A DNA stretch of 56,891 nucleotides from Octopus bimaculoides (Eukaryota): assembly GCF_001194135.2 (NCBI RefSeq), contig NC_068987.1, positions 54,655,747 to 54,712,637 on the forward strand, in the 5' to 3' direction. A model generated the notes under the pieces. That model worked only from the letters and a program-made list of their open reading frames with translations, did no database searches and had not been told where the DNA came from. Of the stretch, positions 24,974 through 37,295 are shown one piece after another; positions within the stretch are counted from its first letter, which is position 1; each line of letters opens with the position of its first letter. The position numbers and the translations under genes are program-made.

Positions 24974-25062
24974 ATTCTGCGGTACACGTGTTTCAAGCTT
25001 TATATTTGTTCCATCATTATTGGTATATAATTGATAGTATAAAGTTATCTTCAGCTGCAAAT
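24974..25062 (-). ncRNA. Type I hammerhead-ribozyme-like motif (long stem II)
   Basis: Minus: TTTGCAG-CTGAAGA-T-AACTTTATA...TATAAAGCT-T-GAAA-CACGTG-TA-CCGCAGA; palindrome ACACGTGT, GUA site; one mismatch each in stems I and II. Confidence 0.62.
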
Positions 25063-25454
25063 ATATTCTTTCCCAAGAATTATATCACAAAGAAGACATT
25101 AAAAGAGGGAGAAACATGAGAGATAAAAGGTGAGATTCCACTTGGTATTGTCCATTGTAATATACCTTGTAGAATCTTTAATTTGATATATTTACATAAA
25201 AGTTCATCGTGCGGACATATATGAGGGACTCTCCTGTCAAAGACAACGTATGCATGTTCAGCATTTGCTGAACAACTTGCACATATGATTTGTTTATAGT
25301 GATCAAATGCTTCTGCTGCACATTAGTTCACTCCTTCCATCAAATTGATATTGTTTGAACAGGTGCACTGTGTACCACATGTCAGGTATTGAAGTGATAT
25401 ATATGTATGTATGCATGTTTATGTATGTATGCATGTTTATGTACGGCTGCATGT

Positions 25455-25661
25455 ATGTGTGAGTGTTATTGTCTCCTTGCCTTGACAGTGTGTGATTGTT
25501 GTAGGCAAGTGTCACCATCGTGTAAGCAGTGTCCTTCGTTTCCAGCATTCTGTGACATGTCTGATCATAGGGAAATATTACATTCTTGGAAACATGCAAG
25601 GGTTGGTGGCAGGGAAAGCATCAAACAATAGAAAATCTACACAAACAAATTTTGTCCAATC
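25455..25661 (+). mobile_element. Degenerate SINE-like family F, truncated by a hAT insertion
   Basis: GGAAACATGCAAGGGTTGGTGGCAGGGAAAGCATC...GAAAATCT; related copies at about 9560-9745 and 21130-21285. Confidence 0.5.
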
Positions 25662-26113
25662 CAGTGGTGTCAAACATACAGTCCACAGGCCAGAACCGGC
25701 CCACTGCAAGGTTTCATCCGGCCAGCAAGGTGACTTTGAAAAGTGTAAAAACTATATTATATATTTACTTACTTATCATTGTGAATGGTGATTGTTTGAG
25801 TATGACTGATGATAATGTCAATGATTCACTTCCTTATAGAAAATCACCCTTAAATTATTTGAAGTTTTGTTTAAATATTGTATTGGCATAGATATATTTT
25901 TTTGGAATTAATTCAATGACTAACAACGTGTTTTCTTTTTTTAGGTCAACAGTTCACTCTGTTTTGCCGTACCCAAAATATCTTTGTCAAAAAGGAGAAA
26001 AGTGAATACAGAGTGTAGATTATTTCCAAAAAAGTGGTCCTTTGCCTATTTATTCATGGAGATGAATGAGAAACCTGTGTACTTGATGTGTTCACAGCAG
26101 ATTTTAGTGCTTG
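25662..26113 (+). mobile_element. 5' end of SPIN/Charlie-group hAT transposon with transposase N-terminus
   Basis: Terminal CAGTGGTGTCAAACATAC...GGCCAGAACCGGCCC; SLSKRRKVNTECRLFPKKWSFAYLFMEMNEKPVYLMC resembles the SPIN/GTF2IRD2-type KRKVD.ECR.F..KW...Y.F......P.CL.C; no 3' TIR seen. Confidence 0.8.
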
Positions 26114-26847
26114 ATCTACTTAATTCTCCTTTTCACCATCTTTTAGTTTTGCATGTGTATGTATATATGTATGAATATACATGAATGTACATGAATTAAT
26201 ACATGCATATGTGTATTTGTGCTTCTCTGTATGTATGTATATGTAATGTCCTATATTTTTGTTTGTGTGCATGTATTTATGTGTGTAAATGTATGTGTCT
26301 GTATGGGTATGTGTGTGTGTGTGTGTGTGGCGGGGTGTGGCAGGGTGTTAGTGTTTGTATGTGTGTAGGTTTGTAATTAAACACTCATTATCTAAACAGT
26401 GAATAACAAACTCTAAAATATCAGCAAGAAACTATCCGAGTCACCTTTTGCAAACTTATAAACATCTAATTATAAAAATGGAAAAATTGTCAGAAAAGCC
26501 ATTTCTATTCATTTTTTCAAATATATGATTCTGTACCAAGTATTTTCTATTTCTTATTCTACTATATATATATATATATNNNNNNNNNNNNNNNNNNNNN
26601 NNNNNNNNNNNNNNNNNNNNNNNNNNNNNNNNNATATATATAAGGAGAGTGAGTGAGAGCTTGAAGTGATGTACAGATATTGAAGAAAAAGGAGGCAGTC
26701 AGAATTTGGGAAAATTCTTCATTAGAGCTTTCCTTTGTTTAACAGATCTCTTCAAGAAAAGTTGGACCTACTAGTCGAATGACCTGCTAGAATTATTATA
26801 TGTTTACAAGAGCTTGACAGGCATCTTCAACTATCAGGTCATGCTAC

Positions 26848-26890
26848 TCCAGACTGATGATGAGCAAAGACTCAGAAACATGTCTCTGGA
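26848..26890 (+). ncRNA. Minimal type I hammerhead ribozyme motif
   Basis: TCCAGA-CTGATGA-TGAG(CAAAGA)CTCA-GAAA-CATG-TC-TCTGGA: perfect 6-bp stem I, 4-bp stem II, palindromic ACATGT stem III, GUC site (C26884). Confidence 0.75.
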
Positions 26891-27539
26891 TGCAGGCTTA
26901 GCTGGGTGAAGGTGCTTGTCTCCCCCTTGTAAGCATAAGGACACATTATTCCCTTCAAGGGACTGTCACATTAAGTTGACAGCATACAACTACTGGGGTC
27001 AATTGATTCAGCTAAAATTTTTTCAAGGTGGTGCCCCAGCATGGCCACAGTCTAATGACTGAAACAAGTAAAAGGTTAAAAAAAAATGATAAACAGCATT
27101 AAAATTATAATGATGATGACGATGATGAACGAATGGGTGACTGAAAGGACAAAAGGCAAAGCTGACCTCAATGAGGTTTCAATTCCGAGCACAGATACAT
27201 GGAATAAATATTACAAGACATTCTTTCTATCTGCTACTCTAAAAACAAAAATCTTGGCCAATTTGCAACTTCTTTTTGCATCTGTGAATAATAAAGATGA
27301 TATGATATGCGTGAGTGTGTTATATAGTATAAAAATATGAGTGACTGAGTGTGTTTAATGGAAAGAAAAGAAAAGGAGGATAAGGAGATGACAAAGGAAG
27401 AAAGTGTAACTAAATAGATAAATAAACAAATGAGAATCTTATTAGAGTAATATGGTATAAATGTCTGTATATATATATATATATATATGCATGTATACCT
27501 ACATACACACATATATATATGCATATATACATACATATT

Positions 27540-27611
<72 letters not shown>

Positions 27612-27742
27612 TGCGTGTGTGTGTGTTTGTGTGTGTATAAATATATTTTTTTATTAATATTCTGAGTTCTATTTTTCCTGTTTGCATCACTATACTTGTA
27701 CATATGTATGTATGTATGTATGTATGTATGTGTGTGTGTGTG

Positions 27743-27806
<64 letters not shown>

Positions 27807-28599
27807 AATACACACACACACACGTGCACACACACACATCTTGTAAACATTACATCACAAATGGCTCTAATGTAATCAGTCCACCATCAAATGAATCCAT
27901 TACTCATTCATTTTGTTCTTGAGCGTTGTTTATAGTTTAGTCCCAAGTCAAACCTGACTGAGCAAACCTCTAATCAAGAAGGTTCAAACCATGACCATCC
28001 CACCTTTTTCTTTATGTGTAGAGAATCCAGGTCCACAATATCCTACAGGTACTTTCTTCAAAACAGTAGTGTATGATTTAAAAGATGTTTGGTTGCTATT
28101 TCTAGCAAAGTGAACAACCACAAGGAGAAATGTTTGGTAGATGGAAGCCCTATAGAAGCCTGTCATATTCATGTATGTATATGTATGTGTAGGTCTTTGT
28201 GTTTTTCCTCCCCACTTGACAACCGGTGTTGATTTGTTCATGTCCCTGTAACATAATGGTTCAGCATTAGAGACTGATAGAATAAGTACCATACTTATAA
28301 ATAAAAAGACTAGCCAATCTGACAAAAATGTTTCAAGGCATGCTCCAGCATGACCTCAGTCCAGTGACTGAAGCAAGTAAAACATGAAAGAGAAGATAAA
28401 TATATTGTGTGTGTGCGTATGTGTTTGCGTGTGTGTGTGTGTGTGCGTGTCTATGTGTGTGTGCACGCATCTCTCTGATGACTCTGTGTGTGTACATAGC
28501 ACACACACATACACACACACACACACACACACATACACACACACACACACACACACATTCTTGTATATGCTTGTATATATCAACAAAGCTTTCCCAGGC

Positions 28600-28985
28600 A
28601 TAGCTCTGTGGTAAGAAGCTTGCTTCCCAATCACATGGTTCCGGGCTCAGTCCTACTGTGTGACAACATGGTCAACTGTCTTCTACTATAGCCTTGAGCC
28701 AACCAAAGCTTTGGAAGCTGAAAAGAAGCCCATTGTATACATACATATACAAATGTATATGTATCTATGTGTGTGTGCCTTTGTGCCTGTGTTTGTCCCC
28801 CATCACCGCTTGACAACCAGTGCTGGTGTGCTTACATCACCATACCTTAGTGGTTCAGCAAAAGAGACCGATAGTATAAGTATCAGGCTTAATAAGAAAA
28901 CAAGTACTAGGGTCGATACATTTGACTAAAAATTCAAGGTGGTGCTCCAGTATGGCTGCAGTCTAATGACTGGAACCAGCAAAAG
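28600..28985 (+). mobile_element. SINE family A, full length, diverged
   Basis: Head, central microsatellite and tail are all present; other diverged copies at 2065-2220, 9250-9415, 19925-20040, 20775-20920, 28134-28385, 32690-32830, 37270-37495, 47080-47200, 51138-51277. Confidence 0.8.
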
Positions 28986-29058
28986 ACAGAAGATAAAACA
29001 CACCAAGCAAACTACTTAAACCTTCAGGAAATAGAGCTGAATAAATCTGTTCATCAAT

Positions 29059-29520
29059 GAGCGTGGCCATTGCCAGTACTGCCTGACTGGCTTTCGTAGG
29101 ATTTTCGAGCGAGATCGTTGCGAGTGCCCCTGAACTGGCTCTTGTGTGGGTGGCACATAAAATACACCATTTTGAGCGTGGCCGTTGCCAGTACTGCCTG
29201 ACTGGCTTTCGTAGGATTTTTGAACAAGATCGTTGCGAGTGCCCCTGAACTGGCTCTTGTGTGGGTGGCACATAAAATACACCATTTTGAGTGTGGCCGT
29301 TGCCAGTACCGCCTGACTGGCCTTCATGCGGGTGACACGTAAAAGCACCCACTACACTCTCTGAGTGGTTGGCGTTAGGAAGGGCATCCAGCTGTAGAAA
29401 CTCTGCCAAATCAGATTGGAGCCTGGTGTTGCCATCCGGTTTCACCAGTCCTCAGTCAAATCGTCCAACCCATGCTAGCATGGAAAGAGGACGTTAAACG
29501 ATGATGATGATGATGATGAA
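29059..29520 (+). mobile_element. Family B element with a 115-bp higher-order tandem repeat
   Basis: Units start at 29059, 29174 and 29289 and are nearly identical; the common B 3' end and (GAT)n follow. Confidence 0.9.
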
Positions 29521-29540
29521 TGAACAAGTACGTATTGGTG

Positions 29541-29695
29541 CAGGAGTGGCTGTGTGGTATGTAGCTTGCTTACCAACCACATGGTTACGGGTTCATTCTC
29601 ACTGCGTGGCACCTTGGGCAAGTGTCTTCTACTATAGCCTCAGGCCGACCAAAGCCTTGTGAGTGGATTTGGTAGACGGAAACTAAAAGAAGCCC

Positions 29696-29740
<45 letters not shown>

Positions 29741-29990
29741 CTGTGTGTGCATATGTTTGTGTTTGTCCCACCAGCATTGCTTGACAACCGATATTGGTGT
29801 GTTTACGTCCCCGTAACTTAGCGACCGATAGAATAAGTACTAGGCTTCCAAAGAATAAGTCTTGGGGTCGATTTGCTCGACTAAAAGGCGGTGCTCCAGC
29901 ATGGCTGCAGTCAAATAACTGAAACAAGTAAAAGAGAGTAAAGAGTAAAAGAGAGTAAAGAGTAAAAGAGAGTAAAGAGTAAAAGAGTCG
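29541..29990 (+). mobile_element. SINE family A, full length, young
   Basis: tRNA-like head, CCTTGGGCAAGTGTCTTC domain, (TG)n middle, tail ending in a 17-bp (GTAAAAGAGAGTAAAGA)n repeat. Confidence 0.9.
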
Positions 29991-30119
29991 CTATATTAGG
30001 CTCCAGTTGTAATGGATTTTCAGGACTGCTCACTGCTACATTGCTTTACAATCCTTTTGAATGCCATATTAAATTATTAACTAAATGAATTAAGATCACT
30101 GCACAGGTAATTCTTGTAA

Positions 30120-30453
30120 AATACCAATCTTGAGAAATTAGTCTTCTCAAAACCAGAAGGGAGAAAGCTAATTCGAAGACTACAGATCCAGTCAATCACT
30201 GGAACTGTAAAATATGTAGAACTTTCCAGAAATTTATCATTTAGATATATATGAGCATGTTTAGATATGTAACTATATGCATGAGAATACATACATAAAA
30301 CATACAAATCTGCACATACATACATGCATACATACATACATACAAAAATACCCTGTTGTTATGTTGAAATTCCAATGAAGGAACCTTGGATCTAGGTTAG
30401 AAACCAGTTCTTACTCTATTGGCAAGAAATCTTGAAATAAACTGAATAATGAC
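30120..30453 (+). mobile_element. 3' end of a second RLE-type LINE ending in (CATA)n
   Basis: NTNLEKLVFSKPEGRKLIRRLQIQSITGTVK(I)CRTFQKFII* (one frameshift), then a 3' UTR ending GAAATAAACTGAATAATGA(CATA)n; overlaps the fragment at 34517. Confidence 0.65.
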
Positions 30454-30511
30454 ATACATACATACATACATACATACATACATAATACATACATACAGAC
30501 ATACATACATG

Positions 30512-30750
30512 ACGGGGGTTGTCTACTCCTTCTGCAGAGTTTGACCACCTCCTGTACTTACATCTTAGAACCATCATGACATCTGATGTGGCTTTTTAAA
30601 CCAGATGACACCCATATAGATTGCTATCTAATTTGGACCACCAAGAGCAGCAGATAAGTTTTGATCTTTGTAGATCTTAAAATGTCTTTTGAGGCCTCCA
30701 TTAGATTTGCAAACCTTCTGGCAAACATTGCATTGAAAGGTGTGCAAAGA
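30512..30750 (-). mobile_element. RTE(BovB)-like 3' end with C2H2-like fingers
   Basis: Minus: FQCNVCQKVCKSNGGLKRHFKIY, then after a stop and frameshift SGLKSHIRCH; a decayed host ZNF exon is the alternative. Confidence 0.5.
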
Positions 30751-32299
30751 CATATAGGCAGAATACATTCATACAAATACACACACACACACACACACAC
30801 ACACGTACACATACTTACATACAAACAGACTGACAGATACTCACATACACACACACATATATATATAACTACATACATACATACATACACACATACACAC
30901 TTACATACATACACACACACATACATACATACATACATACATACATACATACATACATACATACATTGTACGAACAATGAATTCCCATTTGTACCATTCA
31001 GCATAGGTGCATTATCTTACGTACCAACAAATTTGCACAAATACCTAGAAATACAGTTTCACAGAAAAAGTGCAAAAGAAACTGACACAGATTCTCCAGA
31101 TCCAATCTATTTGTGGTACAGATTTATAAGACATTCCAAAAATTCTCCATCTGAGATTCTTATGTAAGCAGATGCACCACTTATGTGTATGCATCAACAG
31201 CTCAACCAATACACCAGCTCAACCACATATTTACAAACACCAGGAACTCTCTTAACTGATAAAAGTCTTGTCACTTTGTTAGTGACTAGCTTGAACTCTC
31301 TCAAGAACAGCTTAAATTAAGCATTAGATCACGCTTATATGTTGAGTTTCAGCATGGCTTGGAATGGATTTCCCCAATTTGAATACCAACTACTCATGTA
31401 ATGAACAATTTGCTTGAGGAATAGAGCTCCAGAGTGGAGTAAATTCATATATAGAGACCCCAGTGTCCACATTTCGTTTTATCGTTTCATTTGTCCCAGT
31501 TATTAGACTACAGCCATGCTGGAGCACCACCTTAAAGAGATTTTAGCTCTTTTAGAGAGAGGGAGGGGAGAGGAGGGGAGAGGAGGGGNNNNNNNNNNNN
31601 NNNNNNNNNNNNNNNNNNNNNNNNNNNNNNNNNNNNNNNNNNNNNNNNNNNNNNNNNNNNNNNNNNNNNNNNNNNNNNNNNNNNNNNNNNNNNNNNNNNN
31701 NNNNNNNNNNNNNNNNNNNNNNNNNNNNNNNNNNNNNNNNNNNNNNNNNNNNNNNNNNNNNNNNNNNNNNNNNNNNNNNNNNNNNNNNNNNNNNNNNNNN
31801 NNNNNNNNNNNNNNNNNNNNNNNNNNNNNNNNNNNNNNNNNNNNNNNNNNNNNNNNNNNNNNNNNNNNNNNNNNNNNNNNNNNNNNNNNNNNNNNNNNNN
31901 NNNNNNNNNNNNNNNNNNNNNNNNNNNNNNNNNNNNNNNNNNNNNNNNNNNNNNNNNNNNNNNNNNNNNNNNNNNNNNNNNNNNNNNNNNNNNNNNNNNN
32001 NNNNNNNNNNNNNNNNNNNNNNNNNNNNNNNNNNNNNNNNNNNNNNNNNNNNNNNNNNNNNNNNNNNNNNNNNNNNNNNNNNNNNNNNNNNNNNNNNNNN
32101 NNNNNNNNNNNNNNNNNNNNNNNNNNNNNNNNNNNNNNNNNNNNNNNNNNNNNNNNNNNNNNNNNNNNNNNNNNNNNNNNNNNNNNNNNNNNNNNNNNNN
32201 NNNNNNNNNNNNNNNNNNNNNNNNNNNNNNNNNNNNNNNNNNNNNNNNNNNNNNNNNNNNNNNNNNNNNNNNNNNNNNNNNNNNNNNNNNNNNNNNNNN

Positions 32300-32630
32300 T
32301 ATTCTTTTACTCTTTTACTTGTTTCAGTTTTTTTATTGTGGCCATGCTGGAGCACCGCCTTTAGTCAAGCAAATCGACCCCAGGACTTATTCTTTGTAAG
32401 CCTAGTACTTATTCTATTGGGTCTCTTTTGCTGAACCGCTAAGTTACAGGGACGTAAACACACCAGCATCAGTTGTCAAGCGATGTTGGGGGGACAAACA
32501 CAGACACACACACACATACATATATATGTATATACATATATACGACGAGCTTCTTTCAGTTTCCATCTACCAAATCCACTCACAAGGCTTTGGTCGGCCC
32601 GAGGCTATAGTTGAAGACACTTGCCCAAGG
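32300..32630 (-). mobile_element. SINE family A
   Basis: Reverse-complement match to 29541-29990. Confidence 0.88.
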
Positions 32631-32880
32631 TGTGTATTATTTTTACAAAAATGTAATAAATGTTATTTCACTGAAAAGTATTGAGTGCTTATTTTTTTAG
32701 CCTAGTACTGATTCTCTCAGTCACTTTTGCCAAACCTCTAAGTTATAGGGGACACAAACAGGCCAACACCAGTTGTCAAGTGATGGTGGAGAACAAATAC
32801 AAACAAATACAAACACATACACATATTATAACTTCTAGAAAGAAGTTACATAACATTATATGTAATGAAATCAGTGTCAT

Positions 32881-33484
32881 TGGTATAGAAGTAAAGACTG
32901 GAATAGAATACAAAGAGCTTGTGACAAAGCAAACAGGGTGAACACGTGGTACAAAACCAACAAACATCAAGGAGTGATTTTTGTAGAGGCCTTGGCCTGT
33001 GGAGAACTCGTCCATAGATTTAGGAAAGCTCTGAAGTAGACCAAATTCAACATTAAGATTGTTGAAAAGACAGGGATCTCCATCAGATCACAACTATGTA
33101 GGACATACCCCTTTGAGAATACTATATGCACCAATAATAACTGCATGGTATGTAGGATTAGCCCTGGCATTAACTGTAGTACGAGAAATGTAGTCTACAG
33201 CATAAGGTGCATAGAAGGTGCTTGTAAAGAAATCAATATGACATACATAGGAGAGACATCTAGGAGCATTGCAGAAAGACTAAATGGACATTTGAGACAA
33301 TATGATGACAAAAAAAACAGTCCGCCATACTCTACCAACATGCCAAGGGCCAACATGGAGGCAACCTGGGTCAACTTGACATCCACATTTTATCCAAGCA
33401 CCCAAAGGACCCAACACTCAGACAAATACAGGAGTACATCCTCATAAATGAAACATCCCCAGCACTAAATAGGAAATATACGTA
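32881..33484 (+). mobile_element. Penelope-like element (Neptune-like) linker and GIY-YIG endonuclease relic
   Basis: YRSKDW...WYK...IFVE...KIVEKTG...PF...C...C.VC...NCSTRNVVYSIRC...C...YIGETSRSIAERLNGH, then frameshifted RQIQEYILINETSPALNRK*. Confidence 0.88.
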
Positions 33485-33557
33485 GTAGGTAATCATACTC
33501 CCGTGCCCACAGTTTATAATGATATACAGGTAGAATAGTTAGTAGGCTGTAATGTAG

Positions 33558-33592
<35 letters not shown>

Positions 33593-34516
33593 CCTATATA
33601 TATATATATATATATGTGTACATGTATGTAGGTAAAAGGATATAAATGTAAACAGGTAGACATACAGATGGATAGGTACATAGGTAATATGAACAGACAA
33701 GTACATGTACACACATGCATATGCAAAAGAAGGCTGAAACACGTGACCTTATACACACACACACACACACACACTTCATTTCACACAAGGACACATATGG
33801 AGACACATCCATACATACAGACACAGTACATAGTCACAAAAACACATACACAGAAAATACTCAGACATGCACACACAAGGAGACAGAAGTACACACACTC
33901 ACACACACACAAACATACGTGCATACACACACATGCATGCATGCATACATACATACATACATGTGTATGCACACACACATGTGCACAAACAAACAAAAAG
34001 GACGCAGTTCAGATAACGGACTGTCAACAACTATTGAAAAGGTTGCAAGACACAAAGAAAATTTTGGGAAAAATTAATAAGTAAATGAGTGGAAACTTTA
34101 CCAGTGAGTATGTTAAACGATAAGGCACGTAAAGAGAATGACTCTCCCCAGACAACAAAATATGCTTCAACACATGAACTCACATAGAGAATCTTTCAAA
34201 CTAAATCCCAAAACAAAGTAAGTGTATGTGTGTGTGTGTGTTCGTGCGTGTGTGTGTGCATGTGTGTGTGTGAGTGTATACACATCTACACATATATACA
34301 GATGTAGATATAGCTACATAAGTCCACCTTGCAGTTTTCCTTTGGGATATGCAAGAATACAAATGGAGTTCTAAAAACTAATTATTTGTCAAGCAATTAA
34401 AATTAAAATTGCACTCTAAAATTATATAGACATGCATGCATAAATACATAGATACATACATAGATACATAGATACATACAGACAGACAGACAGACAGACA
34501 GACATGCATACATACA

Positions 34517-34695
34517 GATATTAATATAAAGCTGAAGATCAGTGAAAAAAAGAATACCTACACTGGACTATTGAGAAATCTGCAGTTACTCTATGCAGTT
34601 TACAAGTTCACGTTTATACCTGTAATTATTGGGGCACTGGGATATGTAACACATTGTCTAAATACCAATCTTGAGAAATAAAACTGAATAATGAC
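34517..34695 (+). mobile_element. RLE-type LINE fragment (same family as 30120) with an internal deletion
   Basis: DINIKLKISEKKNTYTGLLRNLQLLYAVYKFTFIPVIIGALGYVTHCLNTNLEK, joined directly to the terminal AAACTGAATAATGAC. Confidence 0.7.
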
Positions 34696-34920
34696 ATCCA
34701 TCCATGCATACATATATATATATAAATAGATATATATATGGGTGTGTATGTGTATCATAATCACTGTTGTCATCATAATTTACCATCCTCTTTCCTATGC
34801 TGGTTTGACATGAACCGACAAGCCAAAGACCTGTTCTGAACTCCAGTGTCTGCTTTGACATGGTTTCTACAGCTGGATGCCCCTCCTAACACCAACCACT
34901 GAGTGTGTGCAATGTAGTCT

Positions 34921-35124
34921 TCTCTCAACACATTTGTAATGTTATACATGTTCACTGATGTCGCACATCCAGTCCAGCAGAGCATGTTAGCATCATTTCA
35001 TTCTAGTCTTTGCATGTTCTCTGCATTCACAGCCCAAGTTTCACAACCATGTAGCATTGCTGTTCATACACAAACATCATGCAATCTGCCTTTCACTCTG
35101 AGAGAGAAGCCCTTTGTTACCAAC
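34921..35124 (-). mobile_element. RTE LINE ORF fragment
   Basis: LVTKGFSLRVKGRLHDVCV*TAMLHGCETWAVNAENMQRLE; same family as 53295-53715. Confidence 0.8.
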
Positions 35125-36353
35125 TAAAGTACCATATTTTAATGTGTATAAAGAACCCCCTAATTTGGGGGAGGGGCTTAGAATTTGGAAAGAAGGTTAA
35201 GAAACTCCCATATTTTTTTAACCTAATTTCTGACCATAAAAGGTTTCCTTATACATGTTAAAATACGATAATAGTTATCTGAACTTGCTTTATCCTACTT
35301 TCATTCCAGCAATTATACTTTCAGTACATCTCACCTCCACAGCTAATTACGTACATGTAGTTTTACTGGAGATGAAAAGACTTCACAAACTGTTACTCAA
35401 AGATTCATATAGCCAATCATCACATATCATGAGTATTTAGATCAATACCATGCTTTATAAGTATTTATAAATGATGTAGTAATTATTATTTGGTAACGCA
35501 TTGAAAAAACATTCATGAGTATAGATGATTTTTACTATCTAGTTTTTAATTTAATTTCAATTCACTTATAAATTTTATATTTGTTATGGTCAGTCATTTT
35601 TCACTCAAAAGATTATCATTACTCTCATCATCATCATCATCGTCGTTTAATGTCTGTTTTCCATGCTGGACTGTTTGACTGAGGATAGGCAAGCCAGGAG
35701 GCTGCACCAGGCAAGGTTTCTACAGTTGGATACCCTTCCTAATGCCAACCACTCCAAGAGTGTAGTAGGTGCTTTTTACATGCCACCAGCAACAGGGGCC
35801 AGTCAGGCAGCACTGGCATCAACCATGCTCAAATGGTGCTTTGAATAGTAATAATTCCCTATCCAATCAGTCATAATCGTTTATATGATGAGTTACAAAA
35901 TAGTAATTACTACATTATTTATAATTACTTATAAATACTTATAAACCATAGAATAGTTCTAAATATTCACGAGTGTCTGATGATCTCTGAGTAAAAGTTT
36001 GTGAAGTCATTCCAACTTCAATAAAACACTGTTTTACTTTGCCTTTCATATTCAAGTACTATCTTATCCACCTTATTTAGCACCTATGTGTTCACATGTG
36101 TATGGAATTGTGTGTATATGTATATGTATATACACACTCACTCACACACATACACACACTCACACACACACAGCCACACACACACGTGCACACACATACT
36201 CACACATTCACATACACTCACACATACACACGCGCGCGCGCGCACACACACACACATTTGTATGTTTATGCATAATCGTATGTGTTCACACACACATAAA
36301 GATCAAAGTACTGCCCTTATTTCACATATAATTTTTTTCTCTCACTTTCTCTC

Positions 36354-36394
<41 letters not shown>

Positions 36395-36714
36395 CTCACT
36401 CTGCCTCTCGCTTTTCCTCTCCTTATTTCTTTCTCTGACATATGGTTCAGCTTAATCAAATATCATATGCTTTTCATCTTATTTAATTGGGTAAATATAT
36501 ATTTTAATGCTTCAAACATAAAAATCCGAAGTGGGCTCACACATACTTTAAAAGAAAAGTAATGTTCATGGATGACTAATATTATCATTTTGTATACATG
36601 TATGTGAAATGGCACTGGATATTTATCTCTTCAGCTGATATGAAGACCAACCATAACTAGCCAAAATATTAGCAATCAAACCTCTAAATATATATACAGA
36701 GACACAAATATTTT

Positions 36715-36808
36715 CTATAAAAATCAAGAATATTTAAAGATATACTTTGCTCGTATACATCCAGGCTATATTTTGGGTTACTTATCTTTCATCAGTGTAT
36801 TTTTATAG
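36715..36808 (-). ncRNA. Decayed hammerhead-like remnant
   Basis: CTATAAAAATACA-CTGATGA-AAGATA...TATCTT-TAAA...TC-TTGATTTTTATAG: stems I and II pair, but G12 of GAAA is lost. Confidence 0.35.
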
Positions 36809-36900
36809 TTTTATACTGGAAATTTGTTTAAATTTACATTCAAATTATTTCTTTCTCCCTTTATATTTAGGTATTTATTGGGTTTTTATTGAGTAAATGT

Positions 36901-36950
<50 letters not shown>

Positions 36951-37264
36951 CATTTAGCTATCGATTCTCTCTCTGTCTGTCTCTTTCTCCCTCTCTCTCT
37001 CTCTCTCACTCTTTCTCTCTCTGTGTCTCTGTCTCTGTCTGTCTCTCTCTCTCTCTCTCTGTATCATCATCATCATTGAACATCTGTTTTCCGTGCTGGC
37101 ATGAGTTGAACGGTTCAAATGGAGCTGGTAGGGTCAGGGGGTACATCAGGTTCCATTGTCTGTTCTGGCATGGTTTCTACAGCTGGATGCACTTCCTAAC
37201 ACCACCCACTCCACAGAGTGTACAGGGTGCATTTTATGTGGCACCAGCACCAGTATCAAACTTC

Positions 37265-37295
<31 letters not shown>

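Noticed and set aside
29541-29630. SINE heads as real tRNA genes
   Set aside because: A/B boxes are present but there is no complete cloverleaf, and they continue into SINE bodies.
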